Of a stretch of 25,582 nt of DNA, positions 1 to 8,499 are shown piece by piece. The position numbers and the translations under genes were made by a program. Below the pieces are notes generated by a model. The model did not search any database, was not told the DNA's origin, and saw only the letters and a list, made by a program, of their open reading frames with translations. This DNA comes from Bdellovibrionota bacterium FG-1 (GTDB lineage Bacteria; Bdellovibrionota; UBA1018), in NCBI GenBank assembly GCA_051382295.1, contig JBBCAW010000129.1, positions 1-25,582 of the forward strand. Direction: 5' to 3'. Each line of letters begins with the position of its first letter. The stretch's first letter is position 1.

Positions 1-19
1 TGATTTTCTTTGTCTTCAT
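1..19 (-). CDS. 5' end of a minus-strand gene (MKTKKI...) running out of the window; possibly a transposase
   Basis: ATG at 19-17 on the minus strand with a strong SD GAGGAG (complement of ctcctc at 26-31) 6 nt upstream. Only 6 codons are visible. Confidence 0.5.
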
Positions 20-116
20 TACGGTCTCCTCGGTTGTTTATGGCTTGGGTTGTTTTGTGACTTCCCTAACCAACGTCAATCGAGGGGACTTTTCAATAAC
101 TTCGTGCACCACCCTC
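1..116 (-). mobile_element. Possible left end of an insertion sequence (IS256/Mutator-like)
   Basis: The minus strand from 116 reads GAGGGTGGTGCACGAAGTTATTGAAAAG..., then an SD+ATG about 100 bp inside. The neighbouring cytochrome gene lacks its 5' part just beyond this point. The family assignment is from remembered resemblance only; the second IR is not in the window. Confidence 0.35.
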
Positions 117-148
117 TAGTGTTTTTTCAGCATAGCGACTGCCAGCTT

Positions 149-724
149 GACGGGATTCATTTTAAGAAGTTAGACGCGGGCCGAAGTGATGCCCCAACCT
201 GTGTGGATTGTCATGGTGCCCACAAAATTGAAAATCCAAACGGAATGACCTTCCGTGCATCGGTCCACTTGGTTTGTGGAAAATGCCATGGCGACGCTGA
301 GCGCATGAAAAAATACAATTTGAACCCCAATGTCTTATCCACCTATCTGGATGACTTTCACGGAATGTCCAATCAGCTTTACCAGGCCGAGGGGGCGACG
401 GGCACGAAGCCTTTCAAACAGATCGCGACTTGCATCGATTGCCACGGCGCTCATGATGTCATGTCCTTGCGCAAGGCCACGTCCAAGGGAGAAATTCAAA
501 AGAGAATTCTCACCAGCTGCACGGCCTGCCACAAAGATGCCAAGCTTCTGATGGCGGATGCCTGGTTGTCCCATCAAAAGCCGACGCGCCAGACGGCTCC
601 GCTGGTTTGGTTGGTCAAAAAGATTTACGGCATCTTGATTTCGATGATCATGGCCGGTTTGGTGTTACATATCTTGCTCCATCTTTGGCGGCTCAGAGCT
701 AGACGTTCAGGGAGTCAAAAATGA
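149..724 (+). pseudogene. Multiheme cytochrome c with C-terminal membrane anchor, 5'-truncated
   Basis: Four CxxCH motifs (CVDCH, CGKCH, CIDCH, CTACH) and a C-terminal hydrophobic helix. There is no signal peptide or SD, and the first ~33 codons of ORF 50..724 are not cytochrome-like. Confidence 0.75.
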
Positions 725-1458
725 AAAATGTGAAAATGATTCGCTTGGAAGACGGCACGATTTTGATCGAACGATTTTCTCCGGTTCGAAGGTTTGAGCA
801 CATTTTTGTGGTCATCCTCTTCGTGCTCCTGGCCGTTACTGGAATGCCGCAGAAATACTTTACCACCACTTGGGCTTCGTGGGTGCTCAAGGCCTTTGGT
901 GGGCTCGACAATCTGAGAATATTTCATCGGCTTTCTGGCCTGGTCTTTTGTTTCCACCTCGTGATCCACTTGGTGGGTTTCGTGGTCGGGGTCTTGCGGG
1001 ACCGAATGCGGATGACTTTGCTTCCAACGGCGCAGGATATTTATGATATCGTGGACACGCTTTCTTATTATCTGGGTTATCGCAAAAACCCCCCACTTTA
1101 CCCCAAGTTCGATTATCGGCAGAAATTTGAGTATTTTGGCATCGTTCTAGGGGGGATGGTGATGGCCCTGTCCGGGCTCGCGCTGCTCTATCCGAACCGA
1201 GTGGTGCAATTCATGTCGGGTGAGGTGATCCTGGCGGCCCGCGAGGCGCATTCGAATGAGGCCGTCTTGGCGCTCTTGGTCTTGGTGGTTTGGCACATGT
1301 ATGGCGCGCATCTGTCCCCCGAGGTTTTTCCAGGGGATTCTTCGATTCTTCACGGATACATCACCAAAGAGGACTTAGCTAAACGGCATGGTGCCGAGTA
1401 TCAGCGGTTATTTGAAGAACTTCCGCCTGCGGAAGAAGAAAAGAGGGAATCAAAATGA
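721..1458 (+). CDS. Di-heme cytochrome b subunit (FdnI/HyaC-like cytochrome b family)
   Basis: Four TM helices, His ligands in RRFEH, RIFHR, AHSNEA and VWHMY, and a KFDYRQKFEY motif. SD GGGAG upstream; ATGA overlaps with both neighbours. Confidence 0.88.
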   Translation: MKNVKMIRLEDGTILIERFSPVRRFEHIFVVILFVLLAVTGMPQKYFTTTWASWVLKAFGGLDNLRIFHRLSGLVFCFHLVIHLVGFVVGVLRDRMRMTLLPTAQDIYDIVDTLSYYLGYRKNPPLYPKFDYRQKFEYFGIVLGGMVMALSGLALLYPNRVVQFMSGEVILAAREAHSNEAVLALLVLVVWHMYGAHLSPEVFPGDSSILHGYITKEDLAKRHGAEYQRLFEELPPAEEEKRESK

Positions 1459-1956
1459 CTCGCTGGTTGTTTTTAGCGTGCCTGCTGATGGCTTCTTCAG
1501 GTTTTGCGAATGAAACCGAAAAATGCATGAAGTGCCACGCGGACCCAAAGATCATCGGCACCCGTAGCAACTATCCCTATATTGATCCGGAGTTGTTCGC
1601 CGCGACGACACATTCCACTCAGGGGTGTACTTCTTGTCATGTCGAAGTCACGGGTCAACACCCCGACGATGGACCGACGGTTTAATCCGCTGCAAAAGTT
1701 AGGATATTTTGCGGTCATGTTCGTGTTGGTGCCCGTGATTTGTCTTTCGGGCATTCTGCTCCTCAATATTACCCCGCTTCGTCAGTGGTTGTTTCTGGTG
1801 GGCGGGGTCAAGTTAGTCATCAGCGTCCACTTTTTAGTCGGTGCCTGTTTTTTTGCTTTTCTCTTTATCCACGTCTATTTGGCCACGATGGGGCACACGC
1901 TCTTGGCCCATTTCAAACCGATGTGGACGGGCTGGGAGGAGCTAGACGACGAGTAG
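1455..1956 (+). pseudogene. Multiheme cytochrome c + cytochrome b (CbcL-like) gene or gene pair with a large internal deletion and frameshift
   Basis: 1455-~1670 encodes a signal peptide plus CMKCH and CTSCH and stops at 1683-1685. Another frame from ~1669 encodes only the last two TM helices of a cytochrome b (RFNPLQKLGYF...SVHF...IHVYLAT.G...FKPMWTGWE) and stops at 1956. Confidence 0.75.
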
Positions 1957-2685
1957 GACGAGGATTCCCTGGTTCTGGATTTGCCACTTAATTTCAAAAT
2001 CTAAGATTCTGAAACCGAAAGTTTTGCCCTGATTTTCTGGGGCTTCGATCGGCATTGCTCTTCTTTGGGAGGTGGGCCGCGGATCCCATTGGAGCATTTC
2101 CGTGATGAGGTGCTGAAGGCGCGGATATTGGGCCTGTGAGGCGTTCTCCATCACGCTGAGACTTTGCGGCGAAAACTCGACTCGGTATTTGGGAATGTCG
2201 CCTTCAGCCCAACCGGCAGTAGCGTGAGGGAAGCAATCGGCATAGGGCAAATAGGGTTTGATATCGAGGACCGGAGTGCCATCCATGAGGTCGACGCCGC
2301 CGAGGTGAATTTCGATGCCACCCGGCGCATCTAGATCAATTTTTTCGAGCTTTACGGCCGAAAGGCCAATGGGATTGGGGCGATGAGGGGAACGTGAAGC
2401 AAAGACCCCTACTCTTCGAGGTGCGTCCGTGCGGGGTGGACGAATGGTGGGGCGCCAACCCTTCTCATCATGGTGGTGAAAAGTGAAAATAATCCAGACA
2501 TGGCTAAATTTCTCGAGATGATTGAGGGCTACTCGAAATTCCGGATTGGGCTTAAGTTTTAACACGCCTTTTGCTTCTTCGATCATCATGGATTGCCTAG
2601 GCGTACCAAACTTCTCAGTAAAGCAGGTTTTGAGAGTACCAATGGGGTCGAAGGGGTTCTTCAAAATCGTGGCCATGTGTGTCAT
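1942..2685 (-). CDS. trmO: tRNA m6t6A37 methyltransferase TrmO (TsaA family)
   Basis: Motifs EKFGTPRQ, FSHVWIIFTFH, GVFASRSPHRPNPIGLS, GVDLMDGTPVLDIKPYLPYAD and DPRP. The start could be 2685 or 2676. Confidence 0.93.
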   Translation of the reverse strand: MTHMATILKNPFDPIGTLKTCFTEKFGTPRQSMMIEEAKGVLKLKPNPEFRVALNHLEKFSHVWIIFTFHHHDEKGWRPTIRPPRTDAPRRVGVFASRSPHRPNPIGLSAVKLEKIDLDAPGGIEIHLGGVDLMDGTPVLDIKPYLPYADCFPHATAGWAEGDIPKYRVEFSPQSLSVMENASQAQYPRLQHLITEMLQWDPRPTSQRRAMPIEAPENQGKTFGFRILDFEIKWQIQNQGILVLLVV

Positions 2686-2726
2686 ATAGTGTATCTATTT
2701 AATCCCTGCTGTGCTACGGTGCGTCC

Positions 2727-2918
2727 ATGCAAGAAAACCTCGTTAAGATTGGCCGTAACCAATTTAAGTGCTTCCATTGCCGTTTGATCTTCGTGCAACG
2801 GGATGGGGATTGGTTCTATTGGGACGATATGCAAGTTCATCTCTGTCATGCGTGCGATAAGCTGACAAACAAAAAAGAGCAGCGCTCTTTTGAGATGCCC
2901 AAAGCTTCAGGAAACTAA
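2727..2918 (+). CDS. Small hypothetical protein with CxxC...CxxC (Zn-ribbon-like)
   Basis: 63 aa with CFHC and CHAC, filling the gap between trmO and the AI-2E gene. An extended -10-like TGcTACGGT lies 6 nt before the ATG. Confidence 0.55.
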   Translation: MQENLVKIGRNQFKCFHCRLIFVQRDGDWFYWDDMQVHLCHACDKLTNKKEQRSFEMPKASGN

Positions 2919-2941
2919 AGGTTTGTGAAGTTGGGGTCATC

Positions 2942-4003
2942 ATGGAGTCCAAGAAAAAAAATGAAAATCTCCGCACCTTTCTTCTGCTTTTATGCGGAAT
3001 TTTACTGCTTGCCGTTTATGTGGTCGGTCCGTTCCTGCTGTCTTTGTTGATGGGTGGGATGCTGGCGGTGCTGAGTTACCCTGTTTATTTATCGCTGCGC
3101 CGTCATCGCCTCGGTCCGAAAATTGCCTCCGGCCTGGTGACCTTCGGTATTGTGCTGCTCCTCGCGGGGCCGATGTCGATTTTTATGGCGCTCGCCATTA
3201 AACAGGCGGTTGGCGTTGGGACCTATTTGTCCACCCAGGAGACCTTTTCGCTGCAGGCGCTGATCCAGAAATTCAGTCACTGGGCGCCAGTCGATGCGCT
3301 TGTGGACAATGCGGCCGCTCTTGAACGACAGATTCAAGCCGGTTTGCAGGCGGCCACAAAATCCGCGAGTGCCGGGCTGGTCGGCGCGCTTGGGGGCATT
3401 CCCAATGTGGGCCTTCAGATTGTGCTCGCCGGGGTAGCCTGCTTTTTCTTTCTGATCGACGGTGGTCAGTTTCTCCGCTGGAGCGGGGCAAAGATTCCGC
3501 TGGATTCTGATGTGCGAAGGCGTGTGGTGATTGCCGTTCATGATACCACGATCTCGGTGATCTGGGCGACGGTGGCGGCGGCGACCGCACAATCGGTGCT
3601 GATGCTTCTGGGGTTTTTGCTGCTCGGTGTACCGGGCGCATTTTTTGCCGCTGGGGCGACTTTTGTATTTGCGTGGATACCGATTGTGGGAAGTTTTCCG
3701 GTATGGTTTGCCGGCTCGATCTATCTCTACTTGCAGCCCGCTTTTGGTAAACTCATTGTCATGGTGCTTCTGGGGCTTTTTACCGGCGTGATTGACAATG
3801 TTATTCGGGCACTGGTTTTGAAGGGCAAAGCGAGTATGCATCCCCTGGTGAGTCTCGTGGCCATCTTTGGAGCGATTCGGGTTCTTGGATTTTTTGGAGT
3901 ATTTATCGGCCCAATCGGTGCGGCGATTCTTATTTCCCTTTTGAATATCTGGCCGATGGTGGCCGTTCGTTCGGGAATAACGCTGGATGAAAGGCTAAAA
4001 TAG
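2942..4003 (+). CDS. AI-2E family transporter (YdiK/PerM-like)
   Basis: 353-aa polytopic membrane protein with FFFLIDG, WIPIVGS, GVIDNVIR and HPLVSLVAIFGAIRVLGFFGVFIGP motifs. Confidence 0.92.
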   Translation: MESKKKNENLRTFLLLLCGILLLAVYVVGPFLLSLLMGGMLAVLSYPVYLSLRRHRLGPKIASGLVTFGIVLLLAGPMSIFMALAIKQAVGVGTYLSTQETFSLQALIQKFSHWAPVDALVDNAAALERQIQAGLQAATKSASAGLVGALGGIPNVGLQIVLAGVACFFFLIDGGQFLRWSGAKIPLDSDVRRRVVIAVHDTTISVIWATVAAATAQSVLMLLGFLLLGVPGAFFAAGATFVFAWIPIVGSFPVWFAGSIYLYLQPAFGKLIVMVLLGLFTGVIDNVIRALVLKGKASMHPLVSLVAIFGAIRVLGFFGVFIGPIGAAILISLLNIWPMVAVRSGITLDERLK

Positions 4004-6534
4004 TGGCGGCTCCTGCGGTCAAAGCTGAAGGCGGTCTTTCGACAGCGGAGGCAAAAAGCAGGCAGCTTCGCTTTGGCGAAAATCGGCTGCGAGAGCGCCA
4101 AAAGATTTCAGTGCTTCGCCTCGTCGCTAAACAATTTGCAAACTTGATGATCCTCGTGCTCATGGTCGCCGCCGTGATTTCGGGCGTGTTTGGGGATTTC
4201 GAAGAGACCCTGGTCATTCTTTTGATTGTAGTGCTGAACGCAGTGATCGGCTTCGTGCAGGAATATCGAGCGGAGCAGGCCATCTCCGCACTGAATGCGA
4301 TGGCGGCCCCGTTGGCCCATGTGTTGCGTGATGGCCATTGGGTGACTATTCCTTCGCTAGAGCTCGTTCCAGGTGATGTGGTGACCCTCACGGCTGGGGA
4401 CAAAATTTCGGCTGATTTACGATTGGTAGAGGCGGTTCAATTGAAGGTGGATGAGTCGACGCTGACGGGGGAATCGGTCGCGATCGACAAAACCATTCAG
4501 GTGCTGGCCTATCAAGGCACGCTGGTCACTTATGGGCGGGGAATCGGAGTGGTGACTTCGATTGGAATGGAAACTGAACTTGGAAAAATAGCCGCTCTTT
4601 TGAATGACCAAGAGGAAATGCAGACCCCGTTACAAAAGCGTCTGACTCAATTGGGACGTCGACTCTCGCTGGGCGCCCTAGCGATTTGCGGAATCGTGTT
4701 TTTTGCGGGCGTTTTGCGGGGTGAAAAACTTTTCCCGCTGTTTATGACTGCGCTCAGTCTTGCAGTGGCGGCGATTCCGGAAGCCCTGCCAGCCGTGGTC
4801 ACGATATCGCTCGCGTTGGGTGCGGCTCGAATGACGCGAAGGAAGGCTTTGATTCGGCGCCTGCCCGCAGTGGAAACCTTGGGGTCAATCACTTACATTT
4901 GTTCGGATAAAACCGGCACTTTGACCGAAAATAAAATGAGCGTGGAAGAAGTTTTTTGTGACGGTCGACTTCTGAAAGTCCCGTTTTCCGAGAGTTTGTG
5001 AACTGAACCCTGGCAATCGCTTTACCAAGCTATGGCTCTGAGTAATGATGCCGAGCGCGACCACGGAGGAAAGATCAATGGTGATCCTACGGAGGTGGCG
5101 CTCTATCGGGATGCGGCTCGGGCGGGATTTGAGAAGGCTACTTTGGTTACTCAATTTCCGCGTGTAAAAGAGCTGCCTTTTGATTCTGAACGAAAATGCA
5201 TGACGACCCTTCATAAAAAGCAGGGGGGTTGGGTGGCCTTCACTAAGGGGGCGCCCGAAAAAGTGCTGGCGGCCTGTGAGAATGTGCTGACGAGTTCGGG
5301 GCTCGCGCCTCTGCCGCGAGGCGGGCTCGAAAAAGAAATGGAAAGAATGGCTGCAGATGGCTTGCGGGTGCTGGCAATCGCTTTGAATGGAGCGGACCCC
5401 GCAAAGCTTGAAATTGGGCTGACCTTTATTGGGTTTGTCGGTCTCTTGGACCCTCCGCGGCCAGAGGCAGCCGCCGCCATTGCGTCCTGTCGAACGGCGG
5501 GAATTACGCCAGTCATGATTACGGGGGATCATCCGGCCACGGCCCAAGCCATCGCTAGCAGAATTGGAATAGGCCACGAAGATTTTGAGGTCCTCGCGGG
5601 CGGCGAATTGGCAAAGCTCATCGAGGCCGAGTTTGAAGAACGAGTGGAGCATGTACGGGTCTATGCGCGCATGAGTCCCGAGCAGAAAATCAGGATCGTC
5701 ACGGCTTTGCAAAAACGAGGGGAATGCGTGGCGATGACCGGGGACGGGGTGAATGATGCGCCCGCCCTTAAGAAAGCGGATATTGGCGTAGCCATGGGTC
5801 AGAAGGGTACGGAAGTGGCCCGAGAGGCGTCCCAGATGATATTGTTGGATGACAACTTCGCGACGATTGTCGGGGCCGTACGCGAAAGGCGGCGTATTTA
5901 CGATAATATTCGAAAATTTGTAAAATTTGTCATGACCGGCAATCTCGGCGAGATACTGACAATTTTTGTCGCCCCTTTTCTGGGATTACCTATTCCGCTT
6001 CTGCCGATTCAAATTCTTTGGATCAATCTCGTTACCGATGGACTGCCAGGACTCGCTTTGGCGGTTGAACCCGAAGAAAAACGCCTGATGCAGGTGCCGC
6101 CGCGGCCGTTGCGGCAGAGTGTGTTCGCAGGGGGACTGTGGCAGCATATACTGTGGGCGGGGATGTGGATTGGCGCCGTCTCATTGTTGGCCCAGATCTG
6201 GGCCATTCACACGGGCTCAATGCATGGGAGCACGATGGTCTTCACTGTACTGGCTCTTACGCAAATGAGTCATGTGCTTGCGATTCGGTCAGAGTCCGAA
6301 TCGACCTTTTCACAGGGTTTTTTTTCGAATCGGTGGGTGTTAGGGGCGGTTGTTCTTACTCTGGTCCTGCAGCTCGCTATTATTTATGTGCCCGTGCTCA
6401 ACTCTGTTTTTAAAACCCAGGCACTGAGTTTGCGAGAACTCGTTTTGTGCCTGGGGCTTTCTTCAACGATTTTCTTTGCCGTGGAGATCGAAAAAACGAT
6501 GCGTCGAAAGGGCTTGCAGGTCAATTCGATTTAA
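4003..6534 (+). pseudogene. Cation-transporting P-type ATPase (type IIA, Ca2+-ATPase-like), interrupted by an in-frame TGA at 4999-5001
   Basis: ORFs 4003..5001 and 5032..6534 are in the same frame (...SESL*TEPWQSLYQAMALSNDA...). Motifs TGES, IPEALP, DKTGTLT, KGAPE, MITGDH, MTGDGVNDAPAL and QILWINLVTDG are present. Confidence 0.88.
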
Positions 6535-6739
6535 GGCTTCCGCGCGTCAGGCTCAGCGCCTGCTGTTCGTCGATGATTTGGGCCTGCGCGAATTCGCCGG
6601 CGATGCCGCTTTGCTCCTGCACTAAAGTTGATTTTCTTATGATATCAATGAGCTGCATGGTGTCTAAATCGGGGTTAATCGAGATCATTTTTTTGATGAT
6701 GCTTCCGACCGATGGCGTTCTGTGAATTAAATGATCCAT
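6521..6739 (-). CDS. Small hypothetical protein resembling the post-catalytic C-terminal helices of S8 subtilases
   Basis: 72 aa with an SD-like GGGGAG upstream (6753-6758). The pattern TPSVGSIIKKMISINPDLDTMQLIDIIRKST...IIDEQQAL is subtilase-tail-like. Confidence 0.6.
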   Translation of the reverse strand: MDHLIHRTPSVGSIIKKMISINPDLDTMQLIDIIRKSTLVQEQSGIAGEFAQAQIIDEQQALSLTRGSLKSN

Positions 6740-6904
6740 AAATATTTAATAACTCCCCGCGAGGAATGGCTCGTAGCATAAAGGTGAGGCCCTCGCTATA
6801 AAATTTGCAGATTCGACTGGTAATTGTGCCGCGCTGCACATAGAGTGCGCGTTGCTCTTCAATCTATTCAGTTAATCTCTTCAGCCAAGCAGGGAGTCCC
6901 TCTC

Positions 6905-8488
6905 GTGATCAGTACGGCCGGCGTTACCTTAAGTTATGGAAGTCAGAAGCTATTTGAAGATGTGAACATCAAGTTCGTGCCGGGCAATTGCTACGGCCTG
7001 ATCGGCGCGAATGGTGCCGGGAAGTCCACTTTCTTGAAAATTCTTTCGGGCGAGAACACCTCGTACAAAGGAACCGTGACGGTGACTCCAGGGGAGCGGA
7101 TTTCGTTTCTTCGGCAGGATCATTTTTCTTTTGAAGATGTGCCGGTGCTTAAAACGGTCATCTTGGGCCAGCCGCGCCTGAGTCAGGTGATGGACGAAAA
7201 AGACGCACTTTACGCAAAACTTGATTTTTCAGAGGCCGATGGCGTCCGTGCCGGCGATTTGGAAGGGCTATTTGCGGAGCTGCGGGGCTGGGAAGCTGAA
7301 AGCGATGCCGCAGTGCTGCTGGCGGGCTTGGGCATTGGTACGGATCTTCATCACAAGTTGATGCGCGAGTTGCGCGATACCGAAAAAGTGAAAGTGCTTT
7401 TGGCCCAGGCGCTTTTCGGAAATCCCGATATTTTGCTGTTGGATGAGCCGACCAATCACTTGGATGTCACGGCGATTCGCTGGCTGGAAGATTTTTTGGC
7501 GGGCTACGAAAAAACGGTGGTCGTGGTTTCGCATGACCGCCACTTTCTCAATCAGGTCTGCACTCACATGGCGGACATCGATTTCAGTCGTATTCAGCTG
7601 TATAACGGCAACTATGATTTCTGGTATGAGTCAAGCCAGCTGATTTTGCGGCAACAGCAGGACAAGAAGAAGAAAACCGAAGACAAAGCCGAGGAGCTCA
7701 AGGCCTTTATTGCACGTTTTAGCGCCAATGCTTCGAAATCGCGCCAAGCGACCTCGCGTAAGCGGCAGCTCGAGAAGCTTTCGATGGATGAGATCAAACC
7801 TTCGACTCGCAAATATCCGTTTGTGGGTTTCAAGGCCGCACGCGAAGCCGGCGATCAGCTTTTGCGGGTCGAGAATCTCTCGAAGTCCATTGACGGCATC
7901 AAGATTCTTGATCGCGTCAGCTTCACGCTCAAAAAGGGCGATAAAGCGGTCTTTATTGGTGATACCGAAATCGCGGTCACCACGCTTTTTCATATCTTGA
8001 TGGGAGAGCAAGCTGCGGATAGTGGGAGCTACACTTGGGGCGTCACCACCTCGCGGTCTCTTTTCCCTAAGGATAACTCTCAGTATTTTGACCACGTCGA
8101 TCTCAATCTGATCGACTGGCTCCGGCAATATTCGTCAGATCAAAACGAGAATTTCGTTCGTGGCTATCTGGGGCGCATGCTCTTTTCGGGAGACGAAGCC
8201 GCCAAAAAAACTAAAGTGCTCTCGGGCGGTGAACGCGTGCGTTGCATGCTCGCCCGGATGATGCTTGCCGAGTCGAATGTTTTGCTCTTGGATGGCCCGA
8301 CCAATCACTTGGATCTCGAGTCGATTACCTCGGTGAATAACGGCTTAATTCGTTTTCCGGGAACGGTGCTCTTTTCGTCGCACGATCAGCAGTTCATCCA
8401 GACCGTCGCTAATCGCGTGATCGAAGTCGGCGCGAAGGGTGTCACTAATTACGACAAGCCTTATGAGGAGTACTTGGCGCAGCGGTGA
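6905..8488 (+). CDS. ABC-F family ATPase (YbiT/YkpA-like, ribosome-associated)
   Basis: Two NBDs with no TM domain: GANGAGKST, LLLDEPTNHLD, a linker with FSANASKSRQATSR, and LSGGE. GTG start at 6905 after SD AGGGAG (6891-6896). Confidence 0.93.
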   Translation: MISTAGVTLSYGSQKLFEDVNIKFVPGNCYGLIGANGAGKSTFLKILSGENTSYKGTVTVTPGERISFLRQDHFSFEDVPVLKTVILGQPRLSQVMDEKDALYAKLDFSEADGVRAGDLEGLFAELRGWEAESDAAVLLAGLGIGTDLHHKLMRELRDTEKVKVLLAQALFGNPDILLLDEPTNHLDVTAIRWLEDFLAGYEKTVVVVSHDRHFLNQVCTHMADIDFSRIQLYNGNYDFWYESSQLILRQQQDKKKKTEDKAEELKAFIARFSANASKSRQATSRKRQLEKLSMDEIKPSTRKYPFVGFKAAREAGDQLLRVENLSKSIDGIKILDRVSFTLKKGDKAVFIGDTEIAVTTLFHILMGEQAADSGSYTWGVTTSRSLFPKDNSQYFDHVDLNLIDWLRQYSSDQNENFVRGYLGRMLFSGDEAAKKTKVLSGGERVRCMLARMMLAESNVLLLDGPTNHLDLESITSVNNGLIRFPGTVLFSSHDQQFIQTVANRVIEVGAKGVTNYDKPYEEYLAQR

Positions 8489-8499
8489 TTGGAAGGCGG

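Noticed and set aside
50..148. TTG start and first 33 codons of ORF 50..724
   Set aside because: There is no SD or signal peptide, the sequence is not cytochrome-like, and it overlaps the upstream region of the opposite-strand gene.
1582..1668. N-terminal part of ORF 1582..1956 as a real gene start
   Set aside because: It is an alternate frame over the heme-binding region; only the part from ~1669 resembles cytochrome b.
4999..5040. Selenocysteine or genetic-code reassignment at the ATPase TGA
   Set aside because: The position is a variable loop rather than a conserved Cys site, there is no convincing SECIS hairpin downstream, and TGA is the true stop of other genes here (e.g. ABC-F at 8488).
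3089..5712. Long antisense ORFs (3089..3841, 3930..4403, 4885..5712) and similar ones such as 7631..8128 and 21979..22530
   Set aside because: They lie opposite well-supported genes, have no motifs, and are expected from codon bias.
6760..6855. Short hairpins in the ABC-F upstream region as a riboswitch or attenuator
   Set aside because: The stems are short and imperfect, with no U-tract, recognisable aptamer or convincing leader peptide.
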